The position numbers were made by a program, and so were the translations under genes. Shown here piece after piece: positions 10,037 through 18,430 of a stretch of DNA of 64,000 nt. Below the pieces are notes generated by a model that made no database searches, had not been told where the DNA came from, and was given only the letters and a program-made list of their open reading frames with translations. Positions within the stretch are counted from its first letter, which is position 1. Each line of letters begins with the position of its first letter. The stretch covers positions 62,001 to 126,000 of the IMG/VR virus record IMGVR_UViG_3300037264_008423. One strand, written 5' to 3'.

Positions 10037-10221
10037 ACCCTGTCGGAGCGTTGTTTTGCGCCGAAACCAGACCCCGTGAGTCGGCATTTGCACTCTGCCG
10101 TGGCGTCTGGAGCGAGGCGGAAAGTGAAGTGGTTCGGGTCCAAAGTTTGTGCAGGCTATGCGAGTATGGACACCGGATACGTCCGCTGGTTCGGTTTACC
10201 CGCGCCCTGCCCCGACAGGGT
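10037..10221 (+). ncRNA. Putative structured RNA containing a delocalised CRISPR-repeat copy
   Basis: Bracketed by a 10-bp inverted repeat ACCCTGTCGG (10037-10046) / CCGACAGGGT (10212-10221), with internal stems. 10142-10164 AAAGTTTGTGCAGGCTATGCGAG matches the 3' 23 nt of the array repeat at 21/23. Confidence 0.6.
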
Positions 10222-10235
10222 TTTGTATTTACGGT

Positions 10236-13200
10236 GTGCAGTTGGAGAATTTAGACGATGACGTGAGCGTGAAGGATCTGGCGGACTATCCGCGCTACCT
10301 GATCCGCAACCCTCAAGGCGACTACTGGTCCAATGACTGGGGATGGGTGGACTACGCCAGCGCCGACATTTTCAGTCACCTGGAAAAAGAGCGGTTCGAC
10401 CTGCCTTCGGAGGGTCAATGGGTTCCCCTGGCCGAATCCCGTCCGGTTATTGGTTTCCCCGGCAATGACTTGAAGGCGCTCCTGGGAGAGGATTTTGTAA
10501 ACAAAGCGGACGCCTTCCTTCAGGAGCAGGGTATGCTGTGCCTCCTGGAGTGGCACCCGCAGGGCCGTCGGGTGGGCCAGGCCCAGGCGGCGGGTCAGGC
10601 GCTCACGGCGCGCTTGAGCCTGAACAGCGCCGACAGCCAGCTCTTGCGCCGCGAGGGGAGCCTGAAGCTTTTAGATCAGTTGCGGGAGAGCGTGCGCGGG
10701 TTTCTGCCCAAGAGCGCCGAGAGCCGGGTCCGGGTGGTTCCCCAGCGTCCCCAGTATGACCGCTGGAACGACCGCTGGAACCTGGAGCTGGTGGTCTTGG
10801 AGGCGTCCGAGGACGACTTGGAGTCCAAAGAGGTCTATTTTGACGATGATCCACCTGAATTTGCCGCTCCCCAGGGCCTTAGCCCGGAGGGAGAGCGCGC
10901 CCGGCAGATCATTGTCCAGGTGCTTCGGCGCAATGGCGATCTGGATTCACGCGGTCAAAAGCATGTTTTCTATACCCCCGAACAATGGGCGCTAAAGGCG
11001 GATGAGCATGTTAAGGACGGGGTATTAGTGGTCGTTCACGATGGCGGCAGCCACGCTCCTTACTTTCACATGTCCTACGCGGCTGAATTAATGCTGAGCC
11101 GGATGGACCTGGCCCTGCGCCGGGAGGGATTTCAAATTTACCCCTACGCCCCTCATTACTCGGTGATTGCTCCGGTGGAACATGACGAGGCTAACCAGTG
11201 GTTTGTGCGCCAGATCGAGGATTGGTTCCAGCGAAACCCGGACCCGGCTGCGGTGCCCGGCGAGGAGCCGCCGCCCCCGGCAGCCACAGGGAATGTCCCG
11301 GAGAGCTTGGAGGACGATGACGATGTAAACTGGAAGGACCTGCAACTGCCGCTGGACAAAGAGGCGGCGATCCGGCACGTGTTTCGGCAGGCGGGGCTGA
11401 AGATCACGTCGATTCAGGAAGTGCCTGAAGACCAGGACTGGGGTGAGCTGGGGCACGCCCAGCGCATCATCGTCACCCGTGTTCCGCCCAATCCCGATCA
11501 GCCCTGGACTACGGACATAAACGCGTGGGAGGCAGTCGATGAGTTTTGTTTACGAATCAAGTCGGCCCTCTATGAGATCCTGGACACGGATGACATCGAG
11601 TGGCTGAGAAACTGGGGCCTGGAGGACCAAGCGCCGGAGGGCCGCCATTGGTATATCTGGTGGTATATCGGCGACCCGGACATCAAGGAAGAGCGGGAAA
11701 TGAATGAATCGGACGAGGACGACTTCGACGTGAAGGACTACTCGGACGACATCCCGCAATCGGATGACTTCCAGGCTTACCTGCTTCAGCGCGGATTTCG
11801 CAAGCTTTCGGGTCAGATGGGAGACTACTTCAAGAAGCTGCCTGCTGCTTACGCGCGGGTTCGGGTTTATCAGTATCCCAACTATGTCAGCTACCTGCTG
11901 GGCCTGAAGGAGGGCAACCACTGGTTTAAGTTGAGCGAGATGACCAACGCCTACCGGGTCCTGTCGGTTTTGCAGCAGCGAGGGCTGTTCGACGTGCGGG
12001 AGGGCCTGGACGAGGAGTTTGGAGCCGATGACGACCCGGAGCTGTATCTCACGCCCACGCCGAACCTTCAGGAGCGGTGGAATCAGTTCGAGGCGGCCTG
12101 GCGCAGTCAGTGGGCGCTCATACAGCGCGGGGTTAATTTCGGCCAGCGCACCGCTTACCTGGAGGGGATCATGCCCTCGCACCTGCGATGGCGCGCCGCG
12201 TTCCAAGAGGTTCAACGGCTCGTTTACGAGCACTTGGGGGGCGGACGCATCGCCGATTTCAAGTATCACCGGGATGGCTACGTCCTGTTTCACATCTACG
12301 ACCTGGGCGGCGTGGTGGAGAGCGAGGCGGAGAGTGAGGCGGATGATGTGGACTGGAAGGAGATCTCTTCCTATCCCAAGCCCAGCGCGCGGGAGGTCCG
12401 GGAAGCCATGAAGCGCCGGGGGATCGTCTATAATCGCCTGGTGCGCGGCAAGGATGTGGTGACCTTCCTGGGCTGGTTTAAGCGGGGTCAACTCGAACTG
12501 GATGTGCTGGCCCTGTTGCGGGAAGCGGCGGCGGAAGCGGGTCTTGACCAGGAGCACGTCCAGTTTTTCTATATGCCCGGCGCGGGTGAGGTCGCGATCA
12601 TCGCGGCGCGGACGGGCCTGTTGGAAAGCGAGGAGGATGAGGACTTTGACACTAGAACCTTGAAGGATGTGTCTGAAACTGGCAAGTTAGTGCCGGAAAT
12701 TGTGGCGGCGATGATCAAAAATGGGGTCATCCATATGATGGTTCGCAGGCCGTGGCAGCCCCCGCCCCACGACTTGCTGCTTTTTATGGGCTTGTGGCAG
12801 GCAGGCAAGACGGACCAGGAGGCCGCCCAGGTTTGCGCGGCGATCCTAAGAGATTTGCGCATTCCCATTACTTCCAGCTTGGACGACTGGTTCAACTATA
12901 TGCCCGGCTCCGGCGATTTCGACCTGGCGCTGCCTGCTTACCTGGTCTTGGACTGGGAGAGGTATGTGGTGGAATCCCAGGCTGGCCTGGTCCAAAAGAT
13001 CATCGAGGCCCAAGGCACGGTTCTAAACGTGCAAGTGGCAGACCGAGAGGAACTTGTCACGATTCAAGGCGAATGGAAGCCCGGAGCCACGGTTCAAGCT
13101 CTTGCCGAGGCCATTAGCGTGGATGCCAATCGGATTCAGTATGACGCCAAAAATGGCGAATTTACGGTGCTGGCAACCCGGCAAGCCCTTGTGCAAGAGG

Positions 13201-14765
13201 ATCAGGCGGATGGCAAGGCCAGCGACACCAAACGGGTCGCCATTGTGGCGGTGTTTCGGCAGAAGCAGGACGATCCCGCCTACGAGTGCCTGGTCTGCAA
13301 GCGCGAGGGGCCGCCAGCGGAGGGCGAATGGGTGATCCCAGGTGGTCATGCCGAGGAGGGCGAGGAGATCAAAGTCGCCGCGCGGCGTGAGTTGCAGGAA
13401 GAGGCGCACGTGGACCTGGGCGACCTGACCTTTGTTAAGACCATGCCCAATGAGACGGGGGACTTGGAAGTCCATGTCTTTGGAGCGATCTTGCCGGAAG
13501 GGGAGAGGGCCAAGGCCGGGGATGACGCGGAAAAGGTGAAATGGCTGCCCCTGGACGATCTGCCCAAGCTGAGCCTGGATAATGACAATTTGATCCGGGA
13601 AGTGGCCGAGGCGATGGAACTGCAACGGCTGCCCTCGGTGGACGAGAGCCTGCCCCCGCGCCTGGCCGACCAGATTCGGTCAAAGATAGCGGCCCTGAAG
13701 CCGCGCCGCGCGAGCCGCGCCGGTATGAGCTTCGAGGTTCAACAGCCAGAGGGATTTGTGGATCGGCTCATCGAGGGGATTGAGCGGGAAGCGGAGCAGT
13801 TGCAAGCCGACGCTCAGCCCGAACTGCGTCTCATGGACCTGATCGAGGATGCCTACAGCCAGACGGGCACCTATTTGTTTCCAGACGACCAGCAGGACGT
13901 GGAGCGATTGGCGCGCGTGCTGGTTCCTTTATTCAAAAAACCAGCCGGACGGCGGATCAAGGAGAGCGCGGACGCTCCCCCGCGCTATGGCACCGTTACC
14001 GACGAGGTAGTGCCTGCCCTGGAACAAGCTCTGGTGGAGATCTTTGGCCAGCGTTATGACTGGCTGGTGCCCCACGTGATCCAGCACATGGACCCGGAGA
14101 TCTCTTTGATCGCGATGGAGGGTGATCGCGTGATCGGTTTCTACATCCTGGGCCGCCGTTCGATCTTGGACGGCGTTAAGAGCGAGCACCTGAAGCCCAC
14201 TGAGGATTTGAAGCCCTATCGGCAGCGCCAGGGCATTGAGGGGGTAGCCCTGGGCATTGTGCCGGATCGCCGGGGCACGGGCCTGGGCAGCCGGTTCAAA
14301 GACTATCCACAAACCCTGGGCGCGGATTATATGTGGGGTCTGCAAATGCATGATCTGGATAACCTGAGCCACTGGCTCAAGCGCCGCCGCATTGTGGCGC
14401 GCAACCCGGAGATGGTCGCGACCCTCCAGGACTTTAAACCGGGGGCGGTAGCGGAGGCCAGCGAAGAGGATTTCGAGGCCAAGGACTTGGAAGATGATTT
14501 GCTGAATGACGAGCATTTTCAAAAGTTTGCCCAGGAGCACGGCCTACTCTACCACCCTGGCGCTAAAATGGTGCGCGACGTGCTGGATAATGTTTATGGT
14601 TCCATTTGGTTTAAGACCGGCCCCTATTTAAATCGGGAGGCCACGGTCCGCCAGTGGACCCAGGTGTTTTCCGACTATTTCAAGATCGATCCCGCCCGGA
14701 TGAAAGTGGCCTATTACCCGCCCAGTGGCGACATTATGGTCATGGTCACGAATCTGGTTCTGTAG
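10236..14765 (+). CDS. Modular polyprotein-like protein with 7 acidic tag linkers; cargo includes Nudix and GNAT domains
   Basis: Likely start GTG 10236 (TATTTA-N4-GTG). Nudix box GGHAEEGEEIKVAARRELQEEAHV at about 13341. GNAT motif A VALGIVPDRRGTGLG at about 14245. Recurring E(S/A)-acidic-KD tags. Confidence 0.75.
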   Translation: MQLENLDDDVSVKDLADYPRYLIRNPQGDYWSNDWGWVDYASADIFSHLEKERFDLPSEGQWVPLAESRPVIGFPGNDLKALLGEDFVNKADAFLQEQGMLCLLEWHPQGRRVGQAQAAGQALTARLSLNSADSQLLRREGSLKLLDQLRESVRGFLPKSAESRVRVVPQRPQYDRWNDRWNLELVVLEASEDDLESKEVYFDDDPPEFAAPQGLSPEGERARQIIVQVLRRNGDLDSRGQKHVFYTPEQWALKADEHVKDGVLVVVHDGGSHAPYFHMSYAAELMLSRMDLALRREGFQIYPYAPHYSVIAPVEHDEANQWFVRQIEDWFQRNPDPAAVPGEEPPPPAATGNVPESLEDDDDVNWKDLQLPLDKEAAIRHVFRQAGLKITSIQEVPEDQDWGELGHAQRIIVTRVPPNPDQPWTTDINAWEAVDEFCLRIKSALYEILDTDDIEWLRNWGLEDQAPEGRHWYIWWYIGDPDIKEEREMNESDEDDFDVKDYSDDIPQSDDFQAYLLQRGFRKLSGQMGDYFKKLPAAYARVRVYQYPNYVSYLLGLKEGNHWFKLSEMTNAYRVLSVLQQRGLFDVREGLDEEFGADDDPELYLTPTPNLQERWNQFEAAWRSQWALIQRGVNFGQRTAYLEGIMPSHLRWRAAFQEVQRLVYEHLGGGRIADFKYHRDGYVLFHIYDLGGVVESEAESEADDVDWKEISSYPKPSAREVREAMKRRGIVYNRLVRGKDVVTFLGWFKRGQLELDVLALLREAAAEAGLDQEHVQFFYMPGAGEVAIIAARTGLLESEEDEDFDTRTLKDVSETGKLVPEIVAAMIKNGVIHMMVRRPWQPPPHDLLLFMGLWQAGKTDQEAAQVCAAILRDLRIPITSSLDDWFNYMPGSGDFDLALPAYLVLDWERYVVESQAGLVQKIIEAQGTVLNVQVADREELVTIQGEWKPGATVQALAEAISVDANRIQYDAKNGEFTVLATRQALVQEDQADGKASDTKRVAIVAVFRQKQDDPAYECLVCKREGPPAEGEWVIPGGHAEEGEEIKVAARRELQEEAHVDLGDLTFVKTMPNETGDLEVHVFGAILPEGERAKAGDDAEKVKWLPLDDLPKLSLDNDNLIREVAEAMELQRLPSVDESLPPRLADQIRSKIAALKPRRASRAGMSFEVQQPEGFVDRLIEGIEREAEQLQADAQPELRLMDLIEDAYSQTGTYLFPDDQQDVERLARVLVPLFKKPAGRRIKESADAPPRYGTVTDEVVPALEQALVEIFGQRYDWLVPHVIQHMDPEISLIAMEGDRVIGFYILGRRSILDGVKSEHLKPTEDLKPYRQRQGIEGVALGIVPDRRGTGLGSRFKDYPQTLGADYMWGLQMHDLDNLSHWLKRRRIVARNPEMVATLQDFKPGAVAEASEEDFEAKDLEDDLLNDEHFQKFAQEHGLLYHPGAKMVRDVLDNVYGSIWFKTGPYLNREATVRQWTQVFSDYFKIDPARMKVAYYPPSGDIMVMVTNLVL

Positions 14766-14770
14766 CCCGT

Positions 14771-14959
14771 ATGGCACACTATACGGACGCGGACTACGCG
14801 GATTTTTTAAAGGCCCTGAACGAGGCTGCCATCGAGGTTAGCGACTGGGAGGCTAAGTTCATCGAGTCCAACCTGGAGACCGAGATGTTCTCACCCCGGC
14901 AGGTGGTGAGTCTCAATGAGCTGATTGAGCGGTATGGCAAGCGCATTGGCTGGCTATGA
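14771..14959 (+). CDS. Hypothetical protein
   Basis: 62 aa from ATG 14771. Confidence 0.55.
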   Translation: MAHYTDADYADFLKALNEAAIEVSDWEAKFIESNLETEMFSPRQVVSLNELIERYGKRIGWL

Positions 14960-15234
14960 GGAAGGTGATTACAGGTTATCTTTACCGGGGCCAGCCCATC
15001 TACGAGGAGTGGAGCGATGATAAGCTGGAATTAAAGTGGTTCAGCCGCGACATCATGCCCCTGAAGGAGGGCTGGAAGTTTAAAGATTGGCACTTTCTGC
15101 ACGCGATCCGCTTTGAGCCTCACGAAAAAGAAGGTATGTCCGGCGACCCTGAAAAGACTTCCAGGGTCGTCGCGCGGGTGATGGAGGGCCGGGAGCGAGT
15201 TTGTCAGCTTACCGGAGTGGAAAAAGTGGTATAG
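14956..15234 (+). CDS. Hypothetical protein
   Basis: 92-aa ORF with an ATGA overlap. Confidence 0.55.
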   Translation: MRKVITGYLYRGQPIYEEWSDDKLELKWFSRDIMPLKEGWKFKDWHFLHAIRFEPHEKEGMSGDPEKTSRVVARVMEGRERVCQLTGVEKVV

Positions 15235-15293
15235 TAAAAAAAGTTTACTTTTTTGATTGCACTCTTTTCAGTCTTCGCTTAATCTCTTTTAAG

Positions 15294-16985
15294 ATGAATA
15301 CGGAAAGACAAGATCAGCCCTCTGTGAATCCCGCTCCGGCCAGCGTAGATGAAGCGCAAAGAGCCAAGCAGGAAGCCATCGCCCAGGCCAAAGCCAAAGC
15401 CCAGCGGAAGCAGGAGGAGAAAGAGGCAAAAGGTTTGCCCCGCTCGATTAAGCTTAAGCCCAAGCGCGTGCTGGAGTGGGAATGGGGTCCCTACCTGTAT
15501 AAGCAGCTTCGGGTGTGGGAGGCGACGACTTTTATGCGCCGCGAAATCTACCGTGGCCTTTTCAACGCGGACACTCCTCCCTATAAGACGGGGCACGACC
15601 GGTTGCAGCCTCACACCCAGGTATTCGGAGCCATCACCACTTACGCGAATCGGCTTTTAAAAGATTTTTCCGCTAAAGTCCAAATCCTGCCTGCCTACAT
15701 TACGGGGTTCATGACCAAAATTTATGCCGAAGACTATGCCGCTCGACGGGAACACATTTTGGTGACGGGCCTGGACTTTATTCCGATAGGCGGCTTTCCC
15801 GCGCAAGTGGAGATTCGGGCGGAGAACGTGGAGATTTTAGTTAACCCCGAAGATCCTCGTGGTTTTCTGATCCGGGTGCCTTTTTACCGCCACGATGTGC
15901 CGACCAAAAACGGCGGAACGAAATCAGAGGTCGTTTACGTGACCTACGTGATTGATCCCAAGGGGGACTGGCAGACGGGCAGCAGCCTTAAAAAACAGCA
16001 CCGCGCCAGCGCGTTTGACGGCACGCCTTTGCTGGAAAGACTGCGGACCGGCGAGCGCACGATGGGATCGTTGAAAATTTTGGGCAAGTTCCGATACGCT
16101 TCCTCCAGCGAGGCGAGGCTATTGCGGGAACAGGAGGACCGGGTGAGGGAAGCCAAAAAGAAAAACGATCCCTCGGTTGTAAAAATACCCTGGGAAATCA
16201 CTGATCCTTTCACGGTGGATGGCGTATTGCTGCCGCCCTATAAGCGCGACAAGTATAAGCGGCGCGTGGTTTACGAGCCGGTCCTGCAACTGTCTTACTA
16301 TCTGCCGCCGCTGCCCCCGGAGCGGGAACGGCGCGGCTTGGCCTTCTGCTACACCGATCCAGATCGGTTTATGGCGATCAAGATCCATCAAAATTTTGAG
16401 CGGGACCTGGACGACGAGCTGGTCCGTAGATCCTTGTTTATGTCGCAGAAGATCTATGAGCGCCACAAGCTGCTGGACCCCCACAACAAGATGTCGGTCA
16501 TGTCCCCGGAGCAAATCCGTGAGCTAGTTGAGCTTTCGGATCGGCGCTACACCGGTATTCGCCGAATGACGCGCTTGTTTGGGACGGGAGGCAACTCTAA
16601 AATGAAGGGCGTGAGCCAGAAAATCAAGGGGATTACCCTCCATTTTGACCATTCGGTAGTGAAAGCTTTCATGAACTTGGTCATCGAGCGCAACGCCGCC
16701 GAGTTTTACTATTTTGACGCGGACCGGCGCTACATGGAGCACTATCACTGGTTCATTCTCAGGGACTATTTTGCGCAGGCGTGCAAGGTGCTCCAGATCA
16801 AGTTCCATTACCTGGAGGGCTGGCAATTTAGCGATTGCCAGGCGGAGGAGAAAAAAGGCGGTAACTGGGACTTTAATAAGATTTACTTGCGGATACGCGG
16901 CGAAAAATCGAGGCGGACTCGTGCCGAGCACGAAAAATACAGTCAGGAACAGTATGAAAGGAGCTTAGCAGATGAAAAACCTTAG
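15294..16985 (+). CDS. TnpB/Cas12-like (type V-like) CRISPR effector, RuvC apparently inactivated
   Basis: 563 aa from ATG 15294, about 0.85 kb from the array. Segment order parallels TnpB/Cas12: N-terminal RSIKLKP strand; last WED strand VLQLSYYLP; RuvC-I-like strand RRGLAFCYTD (GID position reads AFC); basic bridge helix; FDHSVVKAFMNLVIERNAAEFYYFD (RuvC-II region); YHWFILRDYFAQACKVLQIKFHYLEG. No CxxC finger or RuvC-III. Confidence 0.7.
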   Translation: MNTERQDQPSVNPAPASVDEAQRAKQEAIAQAKAKAQRKQEEKEAKGLPRSIKLKPKRVLEWEWGPYLYKQLRVWEATTFMRREIYRGLFNADTPPYKTGHDRLQPHTQVFGAITTYANRLLKDFSAKVQILPAYITGFMTKIYAEDYAARREHILVTGLDFIPIGGFPAQVEIRAENVEILVNPEDPRGFLIRVPFYRHDVPTKNGGTKSEVVYVTYVIDPKGDWQTGSSLKKQHRASAFDGTPLLERLRTGERTMGSLKILGKFRYASSSEARLLREQEDRVREAKKKNDPSVVKIPWEITDPFTVDGVLLPPYKRDKYKRRVVYEPVLQLSYYLPPLPPERERRGLAFCYTDPDRFMAIKIHQNFERDLDDELVRRSLFMSQKIYERHKLLDPHNKMSVMSPEQIRELVELSDRRYTGIRRMTRLFGTGGNSKMKGVSQKIKGITLHFDHSVVKAFMNLVIERNAAEFYYFDADRRYMEHYHWFILRDYFAQACKVLQIKFHYLEGWQFSDCQAEEKKGGNWDFNKIYLRIRGEKSRRTRAEHEKYSQEQYERSLADEKP

Positions 16986-17655
16986 CAACAACAGCCAAGC
17001 GGTGGACCAGAACCTCGACCATCAGCTTGAGGCGCTATTCAAGAGCCAGTCGGCAAGCACGGAGAAAATTGCCTGGGTGATGATGGAAATGGTGGAGCGC
17101 CTGGATGGGGGATGGGTCCCGCGCAATGTCGCGGCGGTTACGGACCATATCCAGACCAAATATCGGCTCAGCAAGTTCATGATTGAAGGTTATTTTCGCG
17201 TGGCGAGAAAACTAACCTTGGTGGGGGTTTTTAGCGAGAAAAACGCCGCCGCCAGGGTGGTGCAGTTCTTCAGTATTGACGCCCAGCAGCAGGCGTTGGG
17301 CGGTATCCCTGTTTACCAGGGACCCGGTAAGAAAGCCAAGATCGAGAAGCTGCACCAGATTGAGGACCGGGAGGTCCCGATGATTTTTGACGAGCGCCTG
17401 CGCAAAATCCGTTCTGTGGAGGAGCAGGCGGCTTACACGGCGCTCGCCATGCGCCAGGTTGGACCGGTCAGCAAGTGCGCTGTGCGGTTTTGGCCTAATG
17501 GTGTGTATAAGCTGATTAAGAAAGCGAGCCGCGTGGATCAAGCTTACTGCTCTGACGCGCTGAAGAGACGGGGAGTGGAGTCCGTTCCTGATTACGCGCT
17601 AAGGGCGCAGATTGACCGGGACATCGAAAAAGAATTTGGCTCTGAAAAGGGCTGA
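16972..17655 (+). CDS. Hypothetical protein translationally coupled to the effector
   Basis: 227 aa, overlaps the effector stop by 14 bp, and is the last gene before the array. Confidence 0.75.
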   Translation: MKNLSNNSQAVDQNLDHQLEALFKSQSASTEKIAWVMMEMVERLDGGWVPRNVAAVTDHIQTKYRLSKFMIEGYFRVARKLTLVGVFSEKNAAARVVQFFSIDAQQQALGGIPVYQGPGKKAKIEKLHQIEDREVPMIFDERLRKIRSVEEQAAYTALAMRQVGPVSKCAVRFWPNGVYKLIKKASRVDQAYCSDALKRRGVESVPDYALRAQIDRDIEKEFGSEKG

Positions 17656-17657
17656 AA

Positions 17658-17834
17658 AATACACCGTATCGCAGCGGTGTTTAGCCAGGGGATCTGCGCC
17701 TGCGCCGATTCCTTGGGGAAGTCCTCCACACTGCGAGCGCCGTCGATTTTCGGCTTAACTTTAAGTTGGCCGTGCGGCGGCGCTCGCAAACTTGCTCTTT
17801 GACAATTGATGCTGAGTGACTTGCGGGGTGCGGG
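17658..17834 (+). ncRNA. Putative tracrRNA/scoutRNA-like structured leader region
   Basis: Hairpins 17661-17680, 17685-17716 and 17732-17788 (14-bp outer stem). CCTCCACA at 17723-17730 is complementary to repeat nt 20-27. Confidence 0.5.
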
Positions 17835-18405
17835 GTAGCACTGCTTAAAAGCTTGTGGAGGCTATGCGAGTCCACCTTTACTATATAGCTGACGGGTGAA
17901 AAGCGGGTATCACCGCTCAAAAGCTTGTGGAGGCTATGCGAGGCTGAGCTGGATAGGCACTCGGAAGCGGTCGTGCAAGTAGCACCGTTAAAAGCTTGTG
18001 GAGGCTATGCGAGCGCAGCTACCCCTAAGACCTTTTCCACCGGCGTTCTGTATCACTGCTTAAAAGCTTGTGGAGGCTATGCGAGATGACCATTGCGCCC
18101 ATGATGTGGCGCTGCGACTGGTATCACCGCTTAAAAGTCTGTGGAGGGCTATGCGAGAAGGTGGCTTACGGATACGCTGCTTAAAAGCCTGTGGAGGGCT
18201 GTGCGAGATGAGTGTCCCGAAAGCATTGAAGTATCACTGCTTAAAGGTTTGTGGAGGGCTATGCGAGAATAAAGTTTAGGAACGACGTGAAATTACTGAG
18301 GTATCACTGCTTTAAAGCTTGTGGAGGCTATGCGAGGATGATCTGGTCGTAACCATACGGCGCTTTGTAGTATCACTGCTTAAAAGCCTGTGGAGACTAT
18401 GCGAG
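17835..18405 (+). CRISPR. CRISPR array, 9 repeats / 8 spacers, consensus GTATCACTGCTTAAAAGCTTGTGGAGGCTATGCGAG (36 bp)
   Basis: Repeats start at 17835, 17907, 17979, 18050, 18121, ~18171, 18231, 18301 and 18370. Spacers are 36, 36, 36, 35, ~13, 23, 33 and 33 nt. Orientation inferred, not proven. Confidence 0.95.
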
Positions 18406-18430
18406 CACGTGGACAGTTCAGAGCAAAAAG

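Noticed and set aside
17799-17827. TTGACA upstream of the first repeat as an array promoter
   Set aside because: No -10 hexamer at 16-18 bp spacing (it reads TGCGGG).
18070-18279. 69-aa ORF within the array
   Set aside because: Translation of repeat and spacer DNA; spurious.
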